A DNA stretch of 64,000 nt from an uncultured virus (IMG/VR IMGVR_UViG_3300031251_000012) (IMGVR_UViG_3300031251_000012), one strand, 5' to 3'; counted from the first letter of the stretch, positions 9,644 to 19,933 are shown. The notes: generated by a model not told the origin, from the sequence alone. Program-made: numbers and translations.

Positions 9644-11289
9644 ATTAATATCAGTAATTTATCCATCTTATTTACAGCTTCAACAAAATTTTTCCATAAT
9701 GTTTGGTCAATAAGTATCTCATGACTACCATCATAAACGCCAACACAACCATTGTCGCGTAAAACTATTTCACCCTCATAACCATCAATAATTTGAATTA
9801 CTAATTTAGTCATTTCAATACCAACAATTTTTCTAATCTTGCAATTGCATTAAAAGTTTCACTCATATGTTCATTGTCAATATATAATGTTGATGAGGTA
9901 TGCCAATCAGCCTCTACAAAATTTTTCTTTTCAATAACAACACGAATACCCGTTGGTTCGGTATGGATATTAACCCAATCCTTGCAAACTAATCGTGTAT
10001 TACCACTTATTGGAATAATAATATCTTTCATTTCAATACCAGTAATTTACTTATTTTATTTATAATTTCAACAAAACTATTCCAATCTTTTAAATCAATA
10101 TCAATTCTTTCTTTCATCACGCCATCATTAATACAAACGTGTCTATCACCAATGGACATTTTTTGTAGATTTTCTTCTGATATTATATATGATACGCGTT
10201 TCATTTCAATACCAGCAATTTCTCAATTCGTTGTAGCTGCTTAATCAATTCTGGTAATGCGAAAAACTCAATATCTACCATCTCATCCTTATCATACCAG
10301 CGATCCTCATACGCTCTATCTTTTATATCAGGCTTATATTGTCGCTGAAAAGACAAGCAATTATGACCTTCGGGAAAAGATATCTCTAATCGATGTTTTT
10401 CGTGTATGTATATGTAGATTGGATTCATTTTAGAATAAGTAATTTATTTAATCGTTGTAATATTTCAATCAAGCCAGAAAGATCATCTTTATGTATAGAT
10501 ATAATTCCAAGACTATACCATTGTTGATTTTCTTTTATTTGAAAATGAAGCTCATCAAGAGGATTGCCCCCAAGCATCTTTACTATATCCATTATCAAGA
10601 TCGCAGGCTAATTTAATATTTCCATATTCTAAATCAATCTTCATTTCAATACCAGCAATTTCTCAATTCTCTCCACATCAAGTTTTATTATTCCCGGCAA
10701 TGTAAGGCATGGTTTATAACCGTGGCTGGCGAACCGAACCCACAACTCATCATCAGATGATTTCCATACAATTGTTTTTATACCGTAATCAATATCGTGA
10801 TCATAACGAACCTTATACTTGCCCATAGTATGAGTGCACCACCCAACTTTGGGAATAACCTTATTGCAGGTAGGACAATTCATTTCAATATCAATAATTT
10901 ATTTAATCGTTGTAATGCTTCTGCTAATTCTGGCACTATCTCAATAGGAAAATCTACTGTGTCATAATCATCACGACTATTATACCATGTACCTCGAATA
11001 TTACTTTGTTCTTCAAGAACACAATTACCGGTATCATCGATACTAATTCTAAACCTACGATCTCTAATCGATGATGGTGATTTTTTTCTTACGAATGGGA
11101 CGAACAACTCTATTGTCATTTTAAAATCATTAGTTTTTCAAGTCGTTTAACTGCATCAATAAATGATTGTATATTTTCTGGCTGTATCACAACACTCATA
11201 GGGTAATCACGATTGATATTGCAATCAATATATATCGTTCCCTCATCCGAGAGACGAAGATCCATTGTTCTGGATATTTTGAATGTCAT
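9640..11289 (-). repeat. Tandem array of 8 small genes ending KLL(V/I)L(K/I): 9640-9813, 9810-10031, 10028-10204, 10201-10428, 10425-10644 (frameshifted), 10641-10883, 10880-11119, 11116-11289
   Basis: Manual translation of the sub-60-aa ORFs; all joined by ATGA overlaps; 29 identical nt at 10201 and 10641. Confidence 0.8.
10425..10644 (-). pseudogene. Array member interrupted by a +1 frameshift (or sequencing error)
   Basis: 220 nt from coupled ATG to TGA; deleting one G of GGGGG (10567-10571) gives a 72-aa ORF ending RLNKLLILK. Confidence 0.5.
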
Positions 11290-11300
11290 ATCTCTAATGT

Positions 11301-11666
11301 TTATTCTTCAAGAATACATATCTTTACATATCGATTGTAAAACTCAATCAATTCTTTGCCAGTTAAATGAAACATAACCTTTGAGCCAAAAGAAAATGGT
11401 CGACTATCTTTTCGAATATTATATTTATGCTCTTTTGTTGTTGCGACCCAAAATCCAAACTTCTCTTCAAGCACGAACTTTACTTGATAGACAAACTTTG
11501 GTTCGGATTTAAAAACTTCATCTGCTCTATCAATACGCTGTTGCTTATCAACGGCAGACGCTTTTTCATAAAAATAATGATATGCGCGGTAATAGTTGTC
11601 GAATGTTTTAGTTTCACCGTCGCAAGTTATTGTGATGGAAGGCTTTGGTGTTGAATTTATTGGCAT
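11301..11666 (-). CDS. Hypothetical protein
   Basis: Open frame in operon orientation. Confidence 0.6.
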   Translation of the reverse strand: MPINSTPKPSITITCDGETKTFDNYYRAYHYFYEKASAVDKQQRIDRADEVFKSEPKFVYQVKFVLEEKFGFWVATTKEHKYNIRKDSRPFSFGSKVMFHLTGKELIEFYNRYVKICILEE

Positions 11667-11695
11667 ACCTGATACTATATCAGGCAGTTATAAAC

Positions 11696-12205
11696 TTATA
11701 TAAGAATTGCTAAATTATCTGGCAACTTTAATACTGGCACTCTTCCCCATCGAGATTTTTTGACCCACATTTTAGAGTTATCAAATGATCTAACTAAATC
11801 GTTGCTGTAATTATACCTACATATTGTATATATTTCAAGATCAACAAAAACTTTTTCAACATATGATGGTTGTTTGTTTATATAATTAATAATATGGTTG
11901 TTAACATAATCTCCAACATAACCTGTTGAATCAGTATGTTTTATGATATGTCTTGTTTTTGTTGACAATCTATCTTCTGGCGGATCTCTTTTTAGAGTAA
12001 TTAATTGAGAAAGAGAATCCCACATATACATGGTTTCGCCATCAAACGAAAAATGATTATATCGAGTAAAATACTCAAAAATTATAGGATCTACATATAT
12101 CTGAGATACTCGTTCTGGTTGAATGTCAATATAATTTCGAATATTCTGTAAAAACTTCGATGAGTCCGTGCCAATGTTAGCAACCGTTAGACGATGTGTT
12201 TTCAT
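11696..12205 (-). CDS. Hypothetical protein with internal duplication
   Basis: NYIDIQPERVSQIYVD / NYINKQPSYVEKVFVD repeated. Confidence 0.6.
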   Translation of the reverse strand: MKTHRLTVANIGTDSSKFLQNIRNYIDIQPERVSQIYVDPIIFEYFTRYNHFSFDGETMYMWDSLSQLITLKRDPPEDRLSTKTRHIIKHTDSTGYVGDYVNNHIINYINKQPSYVEKVFVDLEIYTICRYNYSNDLVRSFDNSKMWVKKSRWGRVPVLKLPDNLAILI

Positions 12206-12221
12206 TTTCTCTCGTATTGTA

Positions 12222-12596
12222 TTAGTGATGGCATACCGAAGATATAAAAATACTAACTTTTTCTGTTGGTGCAGAAATACCTAATGTCATACCATCGACA
12301 ATAGTTTTGTCGCTACAAGTTGCTGATTTACAAAAATGTAATCCTTTATATTCACAATCAAGAATTCTACTTTCTGAATTATTCTTACCATATTCTATGG
12401 CTCCAATTTTGCATATCACATTTGATATTGGCGTTGGGACTGTCATTTCATGATCTGGTAAATAATACTTATGAATCTCATATGGCGCTGAAGTCTCATC
12501 AACTTCTACTTCTCTCCAATGTATTTGATCTTGAGCAGATATTTGTAGTGGCGTTAATAACGCCACACTCCCAATTAATAATGAAACTATTTTCAT
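12222..12596 (-). CDS. Secreted hypothetical protein
   Basis: Signal-peptide-like N-terminus (MKIVSLLIGSVALL...ISA); several Cys. Confidence 0.6.
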   Translation of the reverse strand: MKIVSLLIGSVALLTPLQISAQDQIHWREVEVDETSAPYEIHKYYLPDHEMTVPTPISNVICKIGAIEYGKNNSESRILDCEYKGLHFCKSATCSDKTIVDGMTLGISAPTEKVSIFISSVCHH

Positions 12597-12665
12597 CTTT
12601 CAATTCCCTTTCTTTATTACTCAACCGCGATGCCACCAAGGATAAATATTCCATAAATTAAAATA

Positions 12666-13142
12666 TTATACTTTATTTATGATCTTTGATGATATCGATC
12701 TAATATCTTTTAATGTTAAACTTGCTTGAAAATTAGATTGTCTTGGCAATGATTTAGGCAATTCTAAATATGTTTTTGCGAGTGTTTCGTTAAGACCTAA
12801 TTTAGTAATTATATCTGATGTTTTCACCACAATAATTTCTTTTATAGAAACTTTTGGTTTTGCTGGAATTGGAACCAAAAATAATGTTATTGTATCTTTA
12901 CTCGCATCATTGTTTGATTTAAGCACCTGTTCCGAGTACCTAATAACATCTAACCATATTGATGTTCCTTTTTTAATCTCTAAAAGATATTGGTTCCAAG
13001 GAACATCCCAGTATCTTGATGGTTTAGAATAATTAATTCCTAATGAACTACATAATCCCTCTTCATAATGAGAATGTTTATCAACCCATTCACCATTCAT
13101 TTTTGATAGAGAGTTTTGTAAAAAATCAATTAATGATTTCAT
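12666..13142 (-). CDS. Putative PD-(D/E)xK nuclease-fold protein
   Basis: E...YWD...LEIKKG pattern. Confidence 0.4.
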   Translation of the reverse strand: MKSLIDFLQNSLSKMNGEWVDKHSHYEEGLCSSLGINYSKPSRYWDVPWNQYLLEIKKGTSIWLDVIRYSEQVLKSNNDASKDTITLFLVPIPAKPKVSIKEIIVVKTSDIITKLGLNETLAKTYLELPKSLPRQSNFQASLTLKDIRSISSKIINKV

Positions 13143-13208
13143 TTATTCCTTAATGGTATTAAGTGAAGATTGAAGGAATGATTTATTTGAAATATGTTAA
13201 TTTATAAT

Positions 13209-13496
13209 CTAATGAATTACTGATGTAATCAATATATCACTGGCGTTATTTTGCGGATGATAATAAACAATACCACATTGATTTATATAATCATATATAC
13301 CATATACTATTTCATTATTGGGGCCGTTGTACCCTCCCATTATATAAATACCAATAGTACCACTGGTGGGGTTAGATTGTAGCGCGCCAATCATAGATCT
13401 GATCGAATTGAGTTGTGGATGTGGGTAAATAGAAGTCGACAACGAACCAAGTTGATTAATGGCGCCCGGATCGGTAAATGCTAACTTAGCTGGCAT
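13209..13496 (-). CDS. Hypothetical protein
   Basis: Open frame. Confidence 0.5.
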   Translation of the reverse strand: MPAKLAFTDPGAINQLGSLSTSIYPHPQLNSIRSMIGALQSNPTSGTIGIYIMGGYNGPNNEIVYGIYDYINQCGIVYYHPQNNASDILITSVIH

Positions 13497-13714
13497 AGTA
13501 CAAACTACTTGATTCCATTTTTAATGAACTTGGTAAAATCTCCGCCATCTCTAATACATCCTCGTTTAGCCAAAGCCAACCCTTCTTCAATCATGGATCG
13601 ATTTTTTGCAGTCATTGGAATGCGGTTTTTTTGTGTTTGTTTTTTAGTATGACAAGATGTCTTTTCATCTATTGATTTAGTATTATTCATTATGTTCCTT
13701 TTATTATATGATTT

Positions 13715-14686
13715 TTATAGTTCGGATCTAAAAAAATCTTCTCCTGTATTGGTTATTTTAAATACTTTTATTCTCATAGGCGTTTCATATTTAGATTTAT
13801 CAGCAATATATTGCAATTCCAAAAATCCCTCATCTTTTATTTGCATCAATCGTGCTGATATTGCTGGAATGCTGTACGATAGATTATAATCTTTTTTCAT
13901 TGCCGTTTTTATAATATAACAATTAGTTTCTTTGTCCGCAAGGACTTTACCATATATCACCCGATCTAATGGACGAAGCGTTTTACAAGTCGATTTTTCT
14001 ATATCAATAATTTTTTGTCTATTTATTTTTGGAAGAAACTGTTCCCATACCTTTGCTTTTCTCTCCATACATATGTCAAACATCGGATCAATATATTCTA
14101 AAAACTTTATTGCTGGCTGTGTCGCAACCTTTATCATCCATAAATCTCTATCTTTTTTTCTTTGATATATTAGGAACTCGCATCCCAGTTTTTCTTGTAA
14201 TTTACCAGCCAACAATGAAGCACCCTTTTTACCAAAACCATCAGTTGATATTTTCATTGTTAGGGCATTTTTACCAGTTTGTAATATACATCCGTCATCT
14301 GCGAACCATATCGCACACACCAATGGTGTTAACTCTAAGTCTTCTGGTATAATTTTCAATCCGTCAGGATACCATTTTTCGTGAAATTCTTTGAATGCAG
14401 GAATTGCTTTTGTTCTAAAAGATACTTGATGATATGATTTTTTATATCGCTCATCGTACCTACTATATTCCTTGAATGCATCTTCTGAACATAAATTACT
14501 AAATATATTGAATTGCCATAAAAGATATTCTTTATCTTTTGCTTGACGATCTATTTTCATACGAGGAAACTTGGCTGCTCCTGCCCGTTCTAATGCAGCA
14601 TCGCCAAGCATTCCTCCTATGAAAACTTGTTCTTGTATTTTTGTTAATTTATGTGGTAAAATAAACTCATTCGATTGTTGAACCAT
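13715..14686 (-). CDS. LAGLIDADG homing endonuclease (two-motif), free-standing
   Basis: FIGGMLGDAAL and LTPLVCAIWFADDG; GGAGG RBS before ATG 14686. Confidence 0.85.
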   Translation of the reverse strand: MVQQSNEFILPHKLTKIQEQVFIGGMLGDAALERAGAAKFPRMKIDRQAKDKEYLLWQFNIFSNLCSEDAFKEYSRYDERYKKSYHQVSFRTKAIPAFKEFHEKWYPDGLKIIPEDLELTPLVCAIWFADDGCILQTGKNALTMKISTDGFGKKGASLLAGKLQEKLGCEFLIYQRKKDRDLWMIKVATQPAIKFLEYIDPMFDICMERKAKVWEQFLPKINRQKIIDIEKSTCKTLRPLDRVIYGKVLADKETNCYIIKTAMKKDYNLSYSIPAISARLMQIKDEGFLELQYIADKSKYETPMRIKVFKITNTGEDFFRSEL

Positions 14687-14695
14687 ACCACGCCT

Positions 14696-14721
14696 CCAAT
14701 AACTATATATCAAGTTATTGG
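14696..14721 (-). promoter_or_regulatory. Hairpin overlapping the RBS, TGATATAT loop
   Basis: CCAATAACT-TGATATAT-AGTTATTGG, perfect 9-bp stem. Confidence 0.6.
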
Positions 14722-14743
14722 TTGATATGGAACGGTTTTTTAT

Positions 14744-16837
14744 TTAATCATTACGCAATGACTTCAAACGTCCAAACGGCGGCTTCCACTTATTATCACT
14801 GGTGCATAGCCATAGCACATCTGTTTCTTTACCAGGCTTCTTAACATCATTTAGTTCTGTATCACTTAGATAGTTATCTGAGATGACAATAATCAGATCT
14901 ACTTTTCCGCAATGTTTTTCGTATTCATTGAATACAAGATTAACTGCGGTACCTCCACGACCACAAGCGACCAACTTAGATAGATTTTCCTTATCTGCCT
15001 TTTTGATCTTAACCATCTGATCCCAATACGCAACGCAGTCAAATGCACAACAGCTCAATTCACCACGTGTATCAATTACCTGTAATTGACTTAGCCCATG
15101 TGCTATATCATCAGCGCTCATGCTTCCAGAACAATCATACGCCACCAAGACATTAAGAAAAATATCTTGTTTCTTTGGTACATATAACCCGGCAAACAAT
15201 GGTCGGCTCTTTGGTCGTTGCCAATCATTGCGCCCCTTACCATCTCGTTTCTTAGTCATCATTTGTCTAACGATGTCCTCCCAACGAATTTTTGGTGCGA
15301 TCAATTGACCGATTTCGTCTTCCATCCCCATTGGAACCTTGCCACCGAGTCTCTTTGCCATTTCCGCAGCATCATACAATCGTTTTGCTAACTCATCTTC
15401 CGACACATCACAATCCATATGTTCATCGGTAAGATCTCCATGACCAAACGGATCTACATATTCACTATCATCTCCGCCACATGTCGGGCAACCATTACCA
15501 CATGATCCTTCTTTATCACCAGGTTCCCCACAACTACCACCTTGCCCCTGACCTTGTCCTTGTCCTTGTCCTTGTCCTTGTCCTTGTCCTTGCCCTTCAC
15601 CGTCGCAGCAAGCGCCTTCGCCGTCACCCGGTTGTTGCCCATTGCCAGCGCCAGGTTGACCATCTGAGCCGTTTTCGCCCTCACCTTGCCCTTGACCCTT
15701 ACCTTGACCTTTGGCATTTTGATTGCCATTACAATCGCCTTCGTGCTCACAACTTTCTCCATCTTCGGAATGATCGTGTTTATCGTTTTTCTGACCTTTC
15801 ATTCCCTTTCCAGCATGTGAGCCTTTACCACCAGACTTTGTTGGTTTGGTCGAGGTGCCAGGATTAGTTTGATTATCTTTACCTTCTTCTTTTTCGGCTG
15901 GGTTCTTACCCTCTGCTTTTGCCTTTGCTTCGGCGTCTTTCTTTGCTTTTTCTTCAATTTGCTTTTGAAGCTTTTTGTACTCATCAGGCTTTTTGTACAT
16001 ACCAAGTTTTCCACACTTTGGGCATTTTGGAATGCAACCATATAGGTAAGCATAGATATTTTCTGGCTTTAACATATCTCCTTCAAGCTTTTCCTCTGCA
16101 TAATACATTGGCGGTGCTTTATCACCAGGATGTTGGTATGCAGGATCTGCTTGTTCGCGAAGATTGTGAATAGGATTAAAATGTGCAAGTCTTTCGGGCG
16201 GATTGAATGGATCTCGATACAACTGTGCAAGTTCTTCGAGTTCAATGAAGTCGCCGAGCTCTTCTTTGAAGTCTTTGATATATTCTTTGCGACCACGGGC
16301 TTTTAGATCCATAAGCGCGACGTGATTGACTTTGTAGTCAATTGCGATATTGTATAGGCGTGGAAGACGAGAACCACGTCGAGAAGGGTGCATAAGATGC
16401 GCGTGTAGAGCTTCGTGAATGATTACTAATCGAAGACCAAGTTTTGAGATCTTATTAACGAACTCGGGCGACCAAAAGAATTGCCTACCATTAGTAGCGG
16501 CAGTTCGTAATACCTTGCCCTTCATATGTTTTTTGTATTTTTTCACTTCATCAGATATTTGATCTTTTTCTTCTTTTGTTAGCTCTTCGCCGTTGGCGAG
16601 TTTCTTTTCAATTTCTTTTTGTTGTTTTTCAAACTCATCGAGTTGAACGCCAAGAGCATCGCATATGTGAGGAAGCGGGTAAATTAGATTGAAAATAAAC
16701 GGATCTCCGCCCAGGAAGTTTCCTAAGGATTTATTGTCATACGACAGAGATAGTTCTGTAAAACATGCCGACAATTTATCTTCTGCTTTTTTAACAATGG
16801 CAGGATCACATTTTCCAATTATCTTACTAAACTTCAT
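14744..16837 (-). CDS. DUF2201-type metallopeptidase + VWA domain protein (MoxR partner)
   Basis: TAATNG, HEALH zincin motif, NIAIDYKVN, MIDAS DCSGSM, GRGGT, SD; GQ-rich insert. Confidence 0.85.
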   Translation of the reverse strand: MKFSKIIGKCDPAIVKKAEDKLSACFTELSLSYDNKSLGNFLGGDPFIFNLIYPLPHICDALGVQLDEFEKQQKEIEKKLANGEELTKEEKDQISDEVKKYKKHMKGKVLRTAATNGRQFFWSPEFVNKISKLGLRLVIIHEALHAHLMHPSRRGSRLPRLYNIAIDYKVNHVALMDLKARGRKEYIKDFKEELGDFIELEELAQLYRDPFNPPERLAHFNPIHNLREQADPAYQHPGDKAPPMYYAEEKLEGDMLKPENIYAYLYGCIPKCPKCGKLGMYKKPDEYKKLQKQIEEKAKKDAEAKAKAEGKNPAEKEEGKDNQTNPGTSTKPTKSGGKGSHAGKGMKGQKNDKHDHSEDGESCEHEGDCNGNQNAKGQGKGQGQGEGENGSDGQPGAGNGQQPGDGEGACCDGEGQGQGQGQGQGQGQGQGQGGSCGEPGDKEGSCGNGCPTCGGDDSEYVDPFGHGDLTDEHMDCDVSEDELAKRLYDAAEMAKRLGGKVPMGMEDEIGQLIAPKIRWEDIVRQMMTKKRDGKGRNDWQRPKSRPLFAGLYVPKKQDIFLNVLVAYDCSGSMSADDIAHGLSQLQVIDTRGELSCCAFDCVAYWDQMVKIKKADKENLSKLVACGRGGTAVNLVFNEYEKHCGKVDLIIVISDNYLSDTELNDVKKPGKETDVLWLCTSDNKWKPPFGRLKSLRND
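15552..15593. repeat. Hexanucleotide tandem repeat (CCTTGT)6+1 encoding a GQ repeat
   Basis: Seen directly. Confidence 0.9.
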
Positions 16838-16876
16838 TTTGATTTCCTCATGATAGATTTTTAACGTTCCACTAAA

Positions 16877-16905
16877 AACTTAATCACTTGTCTCGATTTT
16901 GTCAA
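16877..16905 (-). promoter_or_regulatory. sigma70-type promoter for the VWA/peptidase gene
   Basis: TTGACA-17 bp-TAAGTT. Confidence 0.6.
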
Positions 16906-16917
16906 GTGGGCGGCAAT

Positions 16918-16960
16918 AAAAAAACGATCTGCAAAACTCTACTTTGCAGATCGTTTTTTA
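16918..16960. terminator. Bidirectional intrinsic terminator
   Basis: AAAAAACGATCTGCAAA...TTTGCAGATCGTTTTTT. Confidence 0.85.
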
Positions 16961-17332
16961 CGATTTTGAATCGAATCCGCCTGTTCGTTCAAGTAGCTCA
17001 ACATCTTCTGGTGTTAATATTACAACTTTTTCGTGTTTCCCGTAAGGAGAGTATTTTTCTTCGTCTTCTTCCGCTTCTTTCCAAGTCTTTGCAAACTTAA
17101 GACCACCGGGGCAGAAACTATTATTTTTTACAACTTGTTGTGCAAAATCAATATAGCCATTCAAGTCAAGATCATTAAAATAATCTCTACCCCAGTAGTC
17201 AAGAATGTAATCCCTTGTCGCTCCACCAATAACCATACCGATGATTTGATTTATTGTAATGCGGTGCCCTGGCAAGCAGGGCTTTCCACCGCAACGTTCA
17301 TCATCGATTTCGAATGATATTGTTTTCATCAT
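16958..17332 (-). CDS. DUF433 domain protein
   Basis: DDERCGGKPCLPGHRITI...G.T.DYILDY. Confidence 0.75.
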   Translation of the reverse strand: MMKTISFEIDDERCGGKPCLPGHRITINQIIGMVIGGATRDYILDYWGRDYFNDLDLNGYIDFAQQVVKNNSFCPGGLKFAKTWKEAEEDEEKYSPYGKHEKVVILTPEDVELLERTGGFDSKS

Positions 17333-17374
17333 CTTGACGCAGGGATACCCTTGGCTTTAGGCAAGGGTATTTGA

Positions 17375-18502
17375 CTAGCCTTTGATACGACCTGATAGCT
17401 CTTTTAGAAGATGATCAAAATCCGGATTTGAATCAAGATTTAGATCAACTGTTCTATCAAGACCAATTTGCGAACGAATCGAAACCAATGCAATTTCAGG
17501 ATCCACCTTGCGAAGGAACTTCGCAACCATTTCTGTTTCTTTTGGTAGCTCGCGAGCATCCTTCTTCTTGTTCTTATTCTTCTCGGTGTTATCATCAAGA
17601 AGGCGCGCCAGTCGTGAGCAAACAATCATGCATGCAACGCAACGCTTGCTTGGTTCAAGATCGTCAAAACCCTTGATGCTCTCTCCGCGCATAACCTTCT
17701 CAACAATCGGAAGAAGAACCTGATAGTGATCGAAGTATGCGGCATACTTGATACCGGCTTTACGACCAACGCAACCAGCCGCCTTATTAGTTAAGATTTT
17801 ATGACTCCAACCATTCTTTTCACCGAATGTTAGAATCTTGGAATAATTATCCCAACCGCGTGGTGAAGGATCTGCATAAACATCACCTGGATCAGTATCA
17901 CCGAAAAGATCGTCTCCATGATCTGCAATGTATGCAGTAATCGAAGGATGGATTCTTCCAGCCTTACAAGCCCAATCGAGCCATTGAGTAGAAGTTGCTT
18001 CTACAAGATATTTTTCTGCACGGTCAAGTAGCGGAAGTGGCGGGCGACTACCGCCTTCATTTGGAAGATTTCCTGCCATAAGAACGGCTTGAAGATTACC
18101 AAGTGCCTTACCATTGACTGTATGGAATTGTGTAAATTCAAGTAGCGGCGCAATAACGCTGTGATCCATCTTATCGATCTCATCGAAGAAGACGACAACC
18201 CTATTCTTTCCTTGCATTAGTTGCTCGTAATACCAAGGAAGAAGGAATCGAATAAATTGTTCTTCTTTGGCATCGAAAATCTTTGGGAATCCACCAGCAT
18301 CGGTTCGTTCGAATGTGCTGGCGTTGAGATATAGCAGATCATATCCTGATGCTGCAACCGCGCTTTTACCAATCTCAGATTTACCAGATCCTCGTCGAGC
18401 ACAAGCGAAAATATTACCACCGTATTGGATCGTAGCTGCCATTGTTTCCGAAAGCTCCTGAGTTCCAATTTTTTGCATATTAAAATCTGATGATGCTGTC
18501 AT
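17375..18502 (-). CDS. MoxR-like AAA+ ATPase
   Basis: Walker A RRGSGKS, Walker B FFDEID, MAGN, PLLDR, SPRGW. Confidence 0.85.
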   Translation of the reverse strand: MTASSDFNMQKIGTQELSETMAATIQYGGNIFACARRGSGKSEIGKSAVAASGYDLLYLNASTFERTDAGGFPKIFDAKEEQFIRFLLPWYYEQLMQGKNRVVVFFDEIDKMDHSVIAPLLEFTQFHTVNGKALGNLQAVLMAGNLPNEGGSRPPLPLLDRAEKYLVEATSTQWLDWACKAGRIHPSITAYIADHGDDLFGDTDPGDVYADPSPRGWDNYSKILTFGEKNGWSHKILTNKAAGCVGRKAGIKYAAYFDHYQVLLPIVEKVMRGESIKGFDDLEPSKRCVACMIVCSRLARLLDDNTEKNKNKKKDARELPKETEMVAKFLRKVDPEIALVSIRSQIGLDRTVDLNLDSNPDFDHLLKELSGRIKG

Positions 18503-18776
18503 TGTTTTCTTCCTTGTTGTTTTGTTGTTGTGTTCAGTTAATGTTGTTCAAAATCGTTTTTTTCAAGATTCCAGTGTCTGCAATCTGCTACATTTATTTC
18601 TAAAAAGAATAATTTTAACATTGAAAAACTAAAAAAGATACCTGCATGATCTTTATGCGTTCTTCGCTTCAAGTAAAACTCCCACATTGATGCGAGATTG
18701 CCTTTCCATTGAAACTGAAACTCGAACCATTTGTGTTGTATTGGAAGCGGGAATGAAAATATATATGATTTGTTTT

Positions 18777-18998
18777 TCAAGCCAATACCATTAATTGTGC
18801 TGCCTTAACAATATATTCACCAATCGTCATTAATTCTTCTGCTGATTTTGCAGAAACAATTAAATCTCCCCAATACTCTTTGGTATTGCCATCATCATCC
18901 ATATAAGAATTAAGGCGCTGAATATGAAAGAAGCAATTATCACTATAAATATTAATCTCGAACCTTAGATGATCATTGATCTGAATCGTTCGCGTCAT
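18777..18998 (-). CDS. Small hypothetical protein with LMVLA tail
   Basis: Resembles members of the 9640-11289 array. Confidence 0.65.
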   Translation of the reverse strand: MTRTIQINDHLRFEINIYSDNCFFHIQRLNSYMDDDGNTKEYWGDLIVSAKSAEELMTIGEYIVKAAQLMVLA

Positions 18999-19204
18999 GC
19001 TAACACCAATAGTTTCTTTACTTGTTCGATAGCATCTGCAAACTTATCAAAATTACTTGCGTCAATCCACATATCGCTTTCGTTAACCCATCGGTTATTA
19101 CCCGTGTCTTCTTGAAACTGAATATACATATATTCGCCCTCAATAAGAAAGGATATTCTACGAGAATTAGGTAATGGAAAATTTATCTTATTCATTGATT
19201 CCAC
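18995..19204 (-). CDS. Small hypothetical protein with KLLVLA tail
   Basis: Resembles members of the 9640-11289 array. Confidence 0.65.
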   Translation of the reverse strand: MESMNKINFPLPNSRRISFLIEGEYMYIQFQEDTGNNRWVNESDMWIDASNFDKFADAIEQVKKLLVLA

Positions 19205-19644
19205 GTCAATCCTTCATTGCCCCAAAAGACATAATTGCCATCTTCCAACTCAATCAGGTGCAATTGCTCTTTTAGATTTTCCCATTCAACGGTCAAAACA
19301 TATTGACCATTTTGCCAAAATGCTCCATCTTTATAATTGACTTTGCAGCCTAACGTTGAAAGATATTCAAGTATCACAACGTTGATTTTATCATCGGCGA
19401 ATACCGAATAACTGCAACCCTCATCACTCAACTTAACCGCTTCCTTGCTATTTGTCAAGCCTGCGACCGAGACTTCTGAGTGTATCCTACCTTCACCGAC
19501 AAGTATCTGAAACTTCAATGTTTCATTTGATCTAACTGATATTGCGAATGCTGTTGCGTCTTGGAAGTATGGCTGTCCAGTCATATCATCGTGTATGAAC
19601 TCCGAACGAATATAGGATAGGAATGGCGGGATGTTGATTAGCAT
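19192..19644 (-). CDS. Hypothetical protein
   Basis: Open frame. Confidence 0.6.
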   Translation of the reverse strand: MLINIPPFLSYIRSEFIHDDMTGQPYFQDATAFAISVRSNETLKFQILVGEGRIHSEVSVAGLTNSKEAVKLSDEGCSYSVFADDKINVVILEYLSTLGCKVNYKDGAFWQNGQYVLTVEWENLKEQLHLIELEDGNYVFWGNEGLTWNQ

Positions 19645-19645
19645 T

Positions 19646-19867
19646 TTATAATAATAATTGATATTTTTCGAATTGTTCGTCGGTCAAGAAGATATACCCT
19701 TTTTCGATTAGCTCTTTATCTAAATGCTCTTTGGCTGCGTCCAATGAATGAAAGCCAGACACATTTAAAACACGACGCCAATCAATACCATTGTATGATT
19801 TCCATACCATAAATCCACCAGAACCACCTATATAATGACGAATGTAAGCCTGCTCATACCAATTCAT
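19646..19867 (-). CDS. Small protein of the 'DKxL..GYxxLTxEQ' family
   Basis: LDKELIEKGYIFLTDEQFEKYQLLL. Confidence 0.7.
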   Translation of the reverse strand: MNWYEQAYIRHYIGGSGGFMVWKSYNGIDWRRVLNVSGFHSLDAAKEHLDKELIEKGYIFLTDEQFEKYQLLL

Positions 19868-19933
19868 AGCGGGAATCAGAATGATTCGTTTATACGGTGA
19901 AAGATACTTCTCATTTATCTTCGTAATAAAAAA

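Noticed and set aside
9640..11289. Diversity-generating retroelement or integron as the cause of the arrays
   Set aside because: No reverse transcriptase, integrase, attC-like palindromes or adenine-specific template/variable repeat pair seen in the window.
13715..14686. LAGLIDADG as part of an intron or intein
   Set aside because: It has its own RBS, start and stop; flanking genes appear complete; no intein terminal residues or split host gene seen.
15454..15867. ORFs with DKDKDK and VLVLVL repeats
   Set aside because: Alternative-frame readings of the (CCTTGT)n repeat inside the VWA/peptidase gene.
17345..17370. Hairpin after the MoxR gene as an intrinsic terminator
   Set aside because: The 9-bp stem is present but there is no U-tract on the minus strand; it may be a stability or processing hairpin.
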